From an uncultured Candidatus Saccharibacteria bacterium (GTDB lineage Bacteria; Patescibacteriota; Saccharimonadia; Saccharimonadales; EFPC-124): a DNA stretch of 64,000 nucleotides. Both the position numbers and the translations under genes were made by a program. The stretch is taken from the NCBI GenBank assembly GCA_964447105.1, contig CAYURH010000001.1, positions 3,139 through 67,138 on the forward strand. Reading direction: 5' to 3'. The notes below the pieces were generated by a model. The model worked only from the letters and a program-made list of their open reading frames with translations. It did no database searches and was not told the DNA's origin. This document shows positions 8,540 through 16,102 of the stretch, piece by piece. Numbering within the stretch: the first letter of the stretch is position 1; every line of letters starts with the position of its first letter.

Positions 8540-10234
8540 ATGAACACCAAAAAACTGCTCAGTATTACAGCAACGATCCTGTTAGCAACAACACTGCTGT
8601 GCGCCTATATGATCTGGCGATCACTCGAAAACTACAACATAGCCGTACACAACCAAGAGGTGACTCACCAATTAGTGTCATCCATATTTCAGCGGCGCTT
8701 ACTAGCAGACGACTACCTGATGAACCCCAGCACGCGGGCTAAATCGCAGTGGAATAAAGAGCAAACAGCCATACGCAGCTTGCTCGAAGCCAACGCCGAT
8801 GGATTTACGTCTGCCGAAGAAAAGGCTGACGTCCAAAAAATTACCAACACTCTGGAACAGAGCGACGAAACGTTTGCTCAGGTCATAGCCACATTTGAAA
8901 ACAGCGAAAATATACCGACGAGCATTGTGTCTGCTCAAAAAGCGCGCTATGGAGCTCAGCTGACAGTCGTCGCTCTCAACACCGAATCGGCCGCCAATAA
9001 TCTGCTACACATCAACCAGGCTCAAGCGAGCGATTTGCTGCAACGGATCGCTCTGTTGTTTGGCATTGTGGCCGTTGTGCTGTTTGGCGCATTGATAGTG
9101 AGCTTTTCTCTCATCAGACGTAGTATCGACCGACTGGAGCGCCGAGAAGCGCAAGATGCCGCGCTTCTCGGCGGTATCGGTGACGGTGTATTCGCCGTAG
9201 ATGGGCAGGGCAACATCATTCTCTTTAACCGCGCTGCAGAGATGCTCACGGGGCTCTCCCAAAGCGATGTCATGGGTAAACATTATGCTGATATTTGTAG
9301 ATTTGTAGACGAAAAGAGTGGTGAGCCCAAACTGGAATTTATAGCCAAAGCCCTGAACGGAAAACAACAGTCTATGCCGCCAGGCACCATGCTAAGGCGC
9401 AAAGACAACAGCCTCATCCCAGTCGCAGATAGTGCAGCTCCGGTTATCGATAAAGCCGGCTCTGTAATGGGCGCAGTGGTTGTATTTCGCGACATCACAA
9501 AAGAACGAGAGGTCGAACGCGCCAAAGACGAGTTTATATCACTCGCCTCTCACCAACTCAAAACACCGCCCGCATCACTCAAATGGTCATTGGAAGTTTT
9601 GCTCGATGGTACTACCGGCCCCATAAACGCGCAGCAAAAAGACGTACTGACCACCATGCAAGTCACTACCCAAAACATGATCGAAGTTATCAAATCGCTG
9701 CTCAATGTATCACGTTTGGAACTCGGTACATTTATCGTAGATCCTAAGCCAGTGGATCTCGTAGCGCTTACCAAAGCTATCCTTAAAGAGCAAAGCCAAC
9801 TTATCCTCAACAAAAAACTAAGCGTCCGAGAATCATATCCCGAGAACATGCCAGCCATCCCAGCCGACCAAGGACTCGAAAAAATCATCATAGAAAACCT
9901 ACTCTCCAATGCCGTCAAATACACGCCCGCAGGCGGCTCCGTGCACGTGGCCATCAAACGGATCGGCGACAACGTGCGCATAGAAGTAGCCGACAGCGGC
10001 TATGGCATCCCCAAAGAGCAACAGCCCAATATCTTTAGCAAAATGTTCCGTGCCGACAACGTAAAGCAAATCGACGGCACCGGGTTTGGCCTATACCTGC
10101 TCAAGGTTATAGTAGATGAGGTCGCCAAAGGCAAAATCTGGTTCGAATCAACCGAAGGCCGAGGCACCACGTTTTATGTGGAAATGCCGCTCAGTGGCAT
10201 GGTCGCACGCAAGGGCACGTCGAGTTTATCGTAG
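8540..10234 (+). CDS. sensor histidine kinase (two TM helices, extracytoplasmic loop, PAS, HisKA, HATPase_c)
   Basis: H-box ASHQLKTP, a PAS domain (DGQGNIILFNRAAEMLTG), and N/G boxes (DSGYGIP, GTGFGLY). Confidence 0.9.
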   Translation: MNTKKLLSITATILLATTLLCAYMIWRSLENYNIAVHNQEVTHQLVSSIFQRRLLADDYLMNPSTRAKSQWNKEQTAIRSLLEANADGFTSAEEKADVQKITNTLEQSDETFAQVIATFENSENIPTSIVSAQKARYGAQLTVVALNTESAANNLLHINQAQASDLLQRIALLFGIVAVVLFGALIVSFSLIRRSIDRLERREAQDAALLGGIGDGVFAVDGQGNIILFNRAAEMLTGLSQSDVMGKHYADICRFVDEKSGEPKLEFIAKALNGKQQSMPPGTMLRRKDNSLIPVADSAAPVIDKAGSVMGAVVVFRDITKEREVERAKDEFISLASHQLKTPPASLKWSLEVLLDGTTGPINAQQKDVLTTMQVTTQNMIEVIKSLLNVSRLELGTFIVDPKPVDLVALTKAILKEQSQLILNKKLSVRESYPENMPAIPADQGLEKIIIENLLSNAVKYTPAGGSVHVAIKRIGDNVRIEVADSGYGIPKEQQPNIFSKMFRADNVKQIDGTGFGLYLLKVIVDEVAKGKIWFESTEGRGTTFYVEMPLSGMVARKGTSSLS

Positions 10235-10612
10235 ACGCGCTCGAACTGCTGCCACGGCACTGAGCATATGACCGTGATTTTTACCGGCAGGCAATGTCTG
10301 CTCGGTAAACCATGTTGCCTGAGCGATTTCGGCGGACGGCATTATAGCGCTGGGCGCCACCATTCCAGCATATATGTAACGCGCCGACACACCATCGTCA
10401 TTGGCGAGAGTGGCGACGGTTTGTAGATCTATTTCTGTCGTGGTCAAACCCAGTTCTTCGTGCAGCTCGCGCGCGGCGGCCTGTGCGGGCGATTCGCCTG
10501 GTTCAAACTTGCCGCCAGGCAGTTTCCAGTTGTCTGGATCGTCTGACTCAGTAATCGCCAGGAAGCGTTTTGGATCTGTGCGGTCAAATATGACGATGCG
10601 GACGCTATGCAT
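10226..10612 (-). CDS. NUDIX hydrolase
   Basis: Nudix box GGKFEPGESPAQAAARELHEELG. Confidence 0.8.
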   Translation of the reverse strand: MHSVRIVIFDRTDPKRFLAITESDDPDNWKLPGGKFEPGESPAQAAARELHEELGLTTTEIDLQTVATLANDDGVSARYIYAGMVAPSAIMPSAEIAQATWFTEQTLPAGKNHGHMLSAVAAVRARLR

Positions 10613-10772
10613 TACTTAAGAATAATTGGATTTACCCCAAAGAGCCAGGCCATTCTCCATCCACAACCGCCCTTTCAATAGGCGCGTCACGTGACTTTAG
10701 CGGGCCAATAAAGGCAAGCAAGCTTTATGCTTGTGCTAAAATGGGCTTAATAAATAATTAACAAGGAAGTAT

Positions 10773-11402
10773 ATGGTCACGCAAAAAAGGCAAGACGGAT
10801 TTGGCGTAGTGGAGATAGTGCTCGTAATACTATTACTCGGGTTGGCCGGTGTTATTGGTTGGCTGGTGTGGAGCAAAAACAGTACCACGCAATCAGCGAC
10901 AAGTCAGACAAAAAGTATTGAAATACCAGAGATCGGGGTAAAAATCGCTGACCCCGAAAACCGTGGCCTTGCAGTTTTTTACGATGACAGCGCAAAACAA
11001 CCATGTCTTACGAACAAAAATTACTACGCCAACAACGGGTGCGACATGTATCTCAACAGCACACACTGCACCGACACCAATCTGACGGATGGTTCTGTTT
11101 GCTCGTACTATATTTACGACAATACAACATATAAACCGGGTTCAAACACCAGCGAAAACGCTGCCACATATGCAAAATATTTCCAGTGCGATTCTGACCT
11201 CACTATATACGAAGGTAACCCGACAAATAACTACGACTCAGGTAGTGGCATGACAGGGTCGGTAAAAGTGGGTAATAAGGTGATAGCCCTGTGGGCGCAC
11301 GGTAACGTTAAAGGAAGTTGTGATGACACGACATCAAGCGCGACCGATGCCTACATGAAAGACCTTCTGAAATACGTCAAAGCAAACGTTTCGGCTCTTT
11401 AA
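10773..11402 (+). CDS. prepilin-type N-terminal domain protein (type IV pilin-like), Cys-rich
   Basis: N-terminus QDG|FGVVEIVLVILLLGL has the class III signal pattern with Glu at +5. The mature part is rich in Cys, Asn, Thr and Tyr. Upstream are an AAGGAAG RBS and an extended -10 (TGCTAAAAT). Confidence 0.6.
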   Translation: MVTQKRQDGFGVVEIVLVILLLGLAGVIGWLVWSKNSTTQSATSQTKSIEIPEIGVKIADPENRGLAVFYDDSAKQPCLTNKNYYANNGCDMYLNSTHCTDTNLTDGSVCSYYIYDNTTYKPGSNTSENAATYAKYFQCDSDLTIYEGNPTNNYDSGSGMTGSVKVGNKVIALWAHGNVKGSCDDTTSSATDAYMKDLLKYVKANVSAL

Positions 11403-11421
11403 ACACGTTATATCTAAAAAT

Positions 11422-11446
11422 GACCAGATATTGTCTGGTCTTTTTT
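11422..11446 (+). terminator. rho-independent terminator
   Basis: GACCAGA-tattg-TCTGGTC followed by TTTTTT. Confidence 0.6.
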
Positions 11447-11526
11447 AGTGCGCGAGATCGCCGTTAGATGGAACCCTGTTTATAGCAGCACCTTGCTGGC
11501 ATATCAAAAAATGAAAAATCTTAGCT
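11447..11526. repeat. conserved ~85-bp repeat, copy A (shares the GTGCGCGAG core with the tRNA-Leu 3' end)
   Basis: AGTGCGCGAGATCGCCGTTAGATGGAACCC...GCAGCA.cttGCTGGC..ATCAAAAAATGAAAAATCTTAGCTTT aligns with copies B and C. Confidence 0.5.
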
Positions 11527-11600
11527 TTATTATTGCAACGGCTATATAGGTTATTATTATGGCATGACCGTACAAGGACTCGTAAAACAACGTTTGCAAT

Positions 11601-12257
11601 ATGTCGAATAAAAAAATCGACGACTATAAAGCCTACCTGTTCGACTGGGACGGTACCTTGGCAAAAACGCTTGATTTGCATATGTCTGTTCGTCGCAAAA
11701 TCCTGGAGAAATATGACCTACGTCTTTCTGATGAAGAAATCGCGTCGTCACTGGGTAAACTTGACCGGGCACTGGAGGAATGGGGTCTGGACGTCAAGGT
11801 TGTGGGTGCAGAAATGGACGAGCTTGTAATGAAACAGCTACCCGACATAGATTTATATCCTGGGGTTGTGAGTATGCTCAAATGCCTAAAGAGCGCCGGA
11901 AAAAATACTGCGCTGATTACCGCATCACCCCATTCGTTCATTACAGACGTGCTAGAGCGACATAGTCTACGGGCGTATTTTGATGTGATTATAGCTATGG
12001 ATGACGTTGAACATCTGAAGCCACATCCGGAGCCACTACAGAAAGCGATGCAAGCTCTAGGTGCTTCCCAGAATGATTCGCTCATGCTTGGCGACTCCGA
12101 CAAAGACCTTTTGGCCGCCAAAAATGCGAATATCGATTGCCTGTTATTTTATCCAGATTCCCATGCGTTGTTTTACGACAAAGCTTCGCTCACCTCACTC
12201 GACCCGACATATACAATCGACACTTGGGAACAGATAATGCCAGGCGGCAGACAATAA
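11601..12257 (+). CDS. HAD-superfamily hydrolase (phosphatase)
   Basis: Motif I is FDWDGTL. The protein has a HAD cap and core, ending in a GDSDKD motif. Confidence 0.8.
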   Translation: MSNKKIDDYKAYLFDWDGTLAKTLDLHMSVRRKILEKYDLRLSDEEIASSLGKLDRALEEWGLDVKVVGAEMDELVMKQLPDIDLYPGVVSMLKCLKSAGKNTALITASPHSFITDVLERHSLRAYFDVIIAMDDVEHLKPHPEPLQKAMQALGASQNDSLMLGDSDKDLLAAKNANIDCLLFYPDSHALFYDKASLTSLDPTYTIDTWEQIMPGGRQ

Positions 12258-12280
12258 TAAGACTTGTAGCAAAATAAAAA

Positions 12281-12310
12281 GGCCTCGCAAATCGAGAGCC
12301 TTTTTATTTA
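12281..12310 (+). terminator. rho-independent terminator candidate
   Basis: GGCCTCG-caaat-CGAGAGCC imperfect stem followed by TTTTTATTT. Confidence 0.45.
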
Positions 12311-12311
12311 G

Positions 12312-12412
12312 AATAAATTGTATCAGACCATGGTGCGCGAGATCGCCGCTACCTGGAACCCAATTTACGCCAGCATTTTATTGATACATCAAAGATTGAA
12401 GAACTTGGGGCT
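12312..12412. repeat. repeat copy B plus a 30-bp direct repeat of the tRNA-Leu 3' end and flank
   Basis: AATAAATTGtATCAGACCATGGTGCGCGAG matches 14191-14220 at 29 of 30 positions. The A/B/C conserved segment follows. Confidence 0.55.
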
Positions 12413-12438
12413 TTAAAAGCAATTTAGCCATCCGTAAA

Positions 12439-13203
12439 CTAGTTTACTTGTATAACTGTGCTATTGTCTTGTGGGACGTCACCGTGCTGCAGGCGGATGA
12501 ACATAGAATTAGCCAAGGGGATTAATCCGATCAATAGCGCTCCGCCGATGCTAGCGATAATGACTGATGCAACAATCAATCTGATTGATCGAACCGTACG
12601 CCACATGAACACCCCGGTAGCTACCAGGTATAACACAAGAACGGTAACTAGAGGGGCGCTCAACCCAGCGTTACGAGCAATAAGAGCAGTGTCCAGACCA
12701 GCGTAACCCAAAAGCAATGCCAGTGCGGCAACCCGTTGCCAAGTTTTTTGCCCACATGCGAGCCAACCACCCGCAAGGCCACTCATAGTCCCTATAACCC
12801 CCCCTACCATTAACCAACGAGCCATAGTAGGTAGCAGGTCAGCACCCGGCCGCAACTCCCCTAGCCCGAGGGTTGTGTAATAAGCGGCTATAGCCAGGGT
12901 CAAAAACAAAACGCCGCCTACTGTACCACCTGCAACCCGCCTCGACGAACCACCCAATACGTAACCCGATATTAGTGCGCCTATCGCCCAAACGCCAGCG
13001 GCGTTCCCGACTAACCCAACTATTAGAAGCCATACCGATACTAGAAAGTCAGTGTGCGATGCCCAATACTCTCTAAAAACACCATCCGCGAAAGCGCTAA
13101 ACACCCCCATCGCTATTGCGCTTGCCGCAATCACTATTGTAGCCTTTGCAATGGGCCGCAAATAAGTAGGCTTATCCTGGGTTGTCATGTGTTTATTATA
13201 CAT
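12439..13203 (-). CDS. polytopic membrane protein, hypothetical
   Basis: 254 aa, Gly/Ala-rich hydrophobic helices, no recognised family. Confidence 0.55.
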   Translation of the reverse strand: MYNKHMTTQDKPTYLRPIAKATIVIAASAIAMGVFSAFADGVFREYWASHTDFLVSVWLLIVGLVGNAAGVWAIGALISGYVLGGSSRRVAGGTVGGVLFLTLAIAAYYTTLGLGELRPGADLLPTMARWLMVGGVIGTMSGLAGGWLACGQKTWQRVAALALLLGYAGLDTALIARNAGLSAPLVTVLVLYLVATGVFMWRTVRSIRLIVASVIIASIGGALLIGLIPLANSMFIRLQHGDVPQDNSTVIQVN

Positions 13204-13235
13204 TCTTCGCCCGATAGGACTTGAACCAAATGCGA
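13204..13235 (-). pseudogene. degenerate tRNA 3'-end fragment (T-arm-like GGTTCAAGTCCT)
   Basis: Minus strand GGTTCAAGTCCTATCGGGCGAAG shares 12 nt with the tRNA-Leu T-arm. No complete cloverleaf. Confidence 0.35.
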
Positions 13236-13311
13236 GAGGTTAGAAGCCAACGCCAAACGAAAAGAATAACTCCGCAAAATAAATTATGGAGTCATTCTTA
13301 TTTGATAACTG

Positions 13312-13395
13312 CCATGGTGCGCGAGGTCGCCGTTAGGTGGAGCCCTACATGTACCAGCATTCTGGCAATTTATCAAAAGCTAAAAGATCTTGGCT
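13312..13395. repeat. repeat copy C (CCATGGTGCGCGAG core plus conserved ~70 bp)
   Basis: CCATGGTGCGCGAGGTCGCCGTTAGGTGGAGCCC...CCAGCATTCTGGC...ATCAAAAGCTAAAAGATCTTGGCTTT. Confidence 0.5.
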
Positions 13396-14043
13396 TTACG
13401 CATGATGGCGAGCAGATGAAGCGCGCCACATCCAAAATCCTACAGCCGTAGCCGTATAAAACACCCAGTGAATGATAAAGCTATACACAAACCCGTATTG
13501 TACTTTCAAAATCAAAATTGGAAAGACTACTGCCGATAGCATCGCGAAAGCTGTGAAATACCAAGCCGGCCATTTGCCTTTCTCAAAGAGGGTGAGCGGT
13601 ACATGAAAAGCGCTAAATATAATCGCGAAGGCCAGTATGACCTGTGGCAATCGCAATCCGGCATCTTGTAGGAACAACACTAGCAATACAATCAACAATT
13701 GCTGCGACACAATGTCAGCCGTCTTAAAGACTAGCCGACGTGGATCGAGCTGCAGAAACTGTCTCGTAGGATATCGTAAGAAGTACTCTTTTGAGACATT
13801 CAAACGCTTTGGCAAATAGAGGTACAAGGCAATGTGAGCAATTACGACGACAATGAGCACAATGACAGGAACAAAGACAAAACCTTCGAATACTCGAGGA
13901 ACATAACCGTTGAATAGAACGCCGGTGACGATGGCAGTAGCGAGGAAATAAAGTGCGGCTAGGAAGAAATGTTTTGTGTGGTTGAACCCTTTGTGAATCA
14001 GTGCCCGGAATATGCCCGTGATATTGCCCAAATCGATAGCCAA
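13396..14043 (-). CDS. polytopic membrane protein, hypothetical
   Basis: 215 aa with at least six TM helices. Family not recognised. Confidence 0.55.
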   Translation of the reverse strand: MAIDLGNITGIFRALIHKGFNHTKHFFLAALYFLATAIVTGVLFNGYVPRVFEGFVFVPVIVLIVVVIAHIALYLYLPKRLNVSKEYFLRYPTRQFLQLDPRRLVFKTADIVSQQLLIVLLVLFLQDAGLRLPQVILAFAIIFSAFHVPLTLFEKGKWPAWYFTAFAMLSAVVFPILILKVQYGFVYSFIIHWVFYTATAVGFWMWRASSARHHA

Positions 14044-14084
14044 ATTAGAATATTTAGCAGCAAAACTTTCATTAGTTTAATCAT

Positions 14085-14135
14085 ACCTTATCTTGAACCA
14101 GAGAGGACTTGAACCCATGCAACAGATTGGAAATG
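14085..14135 (-). pseudogene. degenerate tRNA-Leu 3'-half fragment
   Basis: Minus strand GGTTCAAGTCCTCTCT is identical to 16 nt of the tRNA-Leu T-arm and acceptor region, but has no acceptor pairing or CCA end. Confidence 0.35.
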
Positions 14136-14139
14136 GTAA

Positions 14140-14178
14140 AAGTATAAAAAGAAAAGTCCCAGTGATAAAAACTGGGAC
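14140..14178 (-). terminator. terminator downstream of tRNA-Leu
   Basis: GTCCCAGT-ttttatc-ACTGGGAC followed by TTTTCTTTTT on the minus strand. Confidence 0.5.
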
Positions 14179-14209
14179 CTTCCTATCTGGAATAAATTGA
14201 ATCAGACCA

Positions 14210-14293
14210 TGGTGCGCGAGAGAGGACTTGAACCTCCACGCCTTGCGGCACTAGCTCCTAAGGCTAGCGTGTCTACCATTCCACCACTCGCGC
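14210..14293 (-). tRNA. tRNA-Leu (anticodon UAG), type II with long variable arm, encoded CCA
   Basis: GCGCGAGTGGTGGAATGGTAGACACGCTAGCCTTAGGAGCTAGTGCCGCAAGGCGTGGAGGTTCAAGTCCTCTCTCGCGCACCA folds with a 7-bp acceptor stem, a 3-bp D stem, anticodon loop CTTAGGA, and T-loop TTCAAGT. Confidence 0.9.
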
Positions 14294-14660
14294 ATGGGTA
14301 ATGACTGCGCATGATTATATCTTTAAAAGAGTTTTTACTCAACTGTGGCAGATTCTGCAAAAATCACAGCGCCACGACCAAGTGTCGCGCTGCCGGTACG
14401 TGCAGCCACTTCGTCTGCTCTGGCGTCAAGCTCAGCGGCAGTGTCGTGCCAGCTCTGCGTAGCGGTCAGCCAGCGTTCGCATATTAGCTGCTGTTGCAGC
14501 GGCATCGTTTCGTTCGCCAAGTGCTTTGGCATGCGCTGGCGATACGGGAGTTACATCTGCCTTCTTAAAAAAATAACCCTCATCGGGGTCTGTTGCGTTC
14601 GGGCGTTCTGCTGTTGTCGTCATAATCTTTCAACATTGTAGTGCCAATGAGTTCAATACG

Positions 14661-14698
14661 CAAGCAACTTAAAAGACCGCCTTCTTCTAGGCGGCCTT
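14661..14698 (-). terminator. terminator overlapping the rsmD stop codon
   Basis: GGCCGCCT-agaaga-AGGCGGTC followed by TTTTAAGTT on the minus strand. Confidence 0.45.
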
Positions 14699-15235
14699 TA
14701 CGCGGTAGAATGCCAGCGCCGCATCTCCGTAAGTTTTGTTATCCACCACAACAACTCCACTAGCCTTGACGGTCGGCGCCGAGCCTCTACCTGTATATGA
14801 TACTAGCATAAGCCCGTTGGGTTTTAAAAGGCCCGAAAGTAACGCGATTGTGGATAACTGCGGATCGTGATATGGCGGGTCAGCGACGATCAGATCAAAA
14901 CGTGCGTCGGGGTTATTATCGGCCCATTGTTTGGCGGTAGCTTTGATGAGTTTTGCACGAAATTGCAGTCCGAGTGATTCGATGTTTTTCGCAATCACGC
15001 TTTGGGCTTTTTTGTCACGCTCAATAAGCACTGCATGGGCCGCTCCCCGACTGAGCGCTTCAAAACTGATGGCACCCGTGCCCGCAAACGCATCGAGCAC
15101 GGTCTGCCCAGAGATATCTCCCAAACTATTAAACATAGCGCCGCGCATGCGTTCGCTCATGGGATGTGTGGTATGTGTATCGGGCGAATCAAAAAACCGG
15201 CCACCCAGTTCGCCGGCGATGACGCGAAGTCTCAT
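14687..15235 (-). CDS. rsmD: 16S rRNA (guanine966-N2)-methyltransferase RsmD
   Basis: VLDAFAGTGAISFEALSRGA and DLIVADPPY motifs. The start is taken at MRLRVIAGELGG. Confidence 0.8.
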   Translation of the reverse strand: MRLRVIAGELGGRFFDSPDTHTTHPMSERMRGAMFNSLGDISGQTVLDAFAGTGAISFEALSRGAAHAVLIERDKKAQSVIAKNIESLGLQFRAKLIKATAKQWADNNPDARFDLIVADPPYHDPQLSTIALLSGLLKPNGLMLVSYTGRGSAPTVKASGVVVVDNKTYGDAALAFYRVKAA

Positions 15236-16050
15236 ACCCCGGCCTTGCGAACACAATCGTACCAAGCAAGCGTAATCACGCGCACAATAGCTGGCGCTAG
15301 TTCCTGCTTGGCTTCACGCGCGAGGCGACCATTCCAACCTTTTTCGGCGAAGCGTTCGTACATTTTTAGATCGTGCAGATGCTGTGCTGTGCGTTTGAAT
15401 ACGGTAATTATGTCTGTTTCTTCCAGTTCATGCACGTCTTCTTCGCTGGGGTAGCCACGCTTCAAGCGCAATGGGGCAATGGCAGCCGCAAAACCCAGTT
15501 CAAACATCAGGTGCGTGGTCATCACGCCTTTGGCGCCCCAGAATTCCCAGTTTTTGGCCAACACTTGCAATCGTGAATCCTCTGCCGAACGGATAACCAG
15601 CTTGTCCTTGTAACTGGTGCGCGTTTCTAGCCCTTCGCCACGCAATTCTTCCAGCTTTTTTTCGAGCGGATAATGGTGCGCTGGCGTTAAACCATCGGTA
15701 ATGGCGTGCGCCATCCACGCCGCTTCAAACGCTGCTTTTTCCATCTCGCCCGCTTTCAGCGCGGCCGTCAGGTTGAGCGTGTGGCGCTGGATCATCTCGA
15801 TCAGCTGTGTGTCTTCTGGGTCTGTCGGGTCATAATAATGCCACGGTTCATCACGTGCCGGTGATTTGCGTTTGATGCCATCTGGGCCGTTCAGCCCCTC
15901 AAAATGCAAAATTTCTTTGATAGTTGGGAATACACTATCTGGCGCCAGTTGGTGCACGGCCCGCCTGGCAACACGATCCAGTTTCTGGTGTGCGCCGATA
16001 ATACGGCCAGATGAATTACGTAGGGTTGTGCCTGAATACATTACACCCAT
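15232..16050 (-). CDS. hypothetical protein, translationally coupled to rsmD (ATGA overlap)
   Basis: About 270 aa, no confident family. The start is taken at MGVMYSG. Confidence 0.45.
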   Translation of the reverse strand: MGVMYSGTTLRNSSGRIIGAHQKLDRVARRAVHQLAPDSVFPTIKEILHFEGLNGPDGIKRKSPARDEPWHYYDPTDPEDTQLIEMIQRHTLNLTAALKAGEMEKAAFEAAWMAHAITDGLTPAHHYPLEKKLEELRGEGLETRTSYKDKLVIRSAEDSRLQVLAKNWEFWGAKGVMTTHLMFELGFAAAIAPLRLKRGYPSEEDVHELEETDIITVFKRTAQHLHDLKMYERFAEKGWNGRLAREAKQELAPAIVRVITLAWYDCVRKAGV

Positions 16051-16102
16051 TGTAGGGCTATTTTTGCTCCGCAATCAAGCCCAGTATGCTACGATTGCAG
16101 TG

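Noticed and set aside
11447-13395. Repeat copies A, B and C as complete tRNA or tmRNA genes, or as integron attC sites
   Set aside because: Only the acceptor 3' sequence (CTCGCGCACCA) is tRNA-like. No 5' acceptor partner, D-arm or anticodon arm can be folded. GTTAGAT/GTTAGGT resemble integron core sites, but no paired inverse core is present, cassette orientations are mixed, and the cassettes carry their own terminators.
15866-16102. N-terminal 79 codons of the ABC transporter ORF
   Set aside because: They overlap the convergent/divergent hypothetical gene 15232-16050 on the other strand. The exporter TM domain begins after the internal ATG at 16103.
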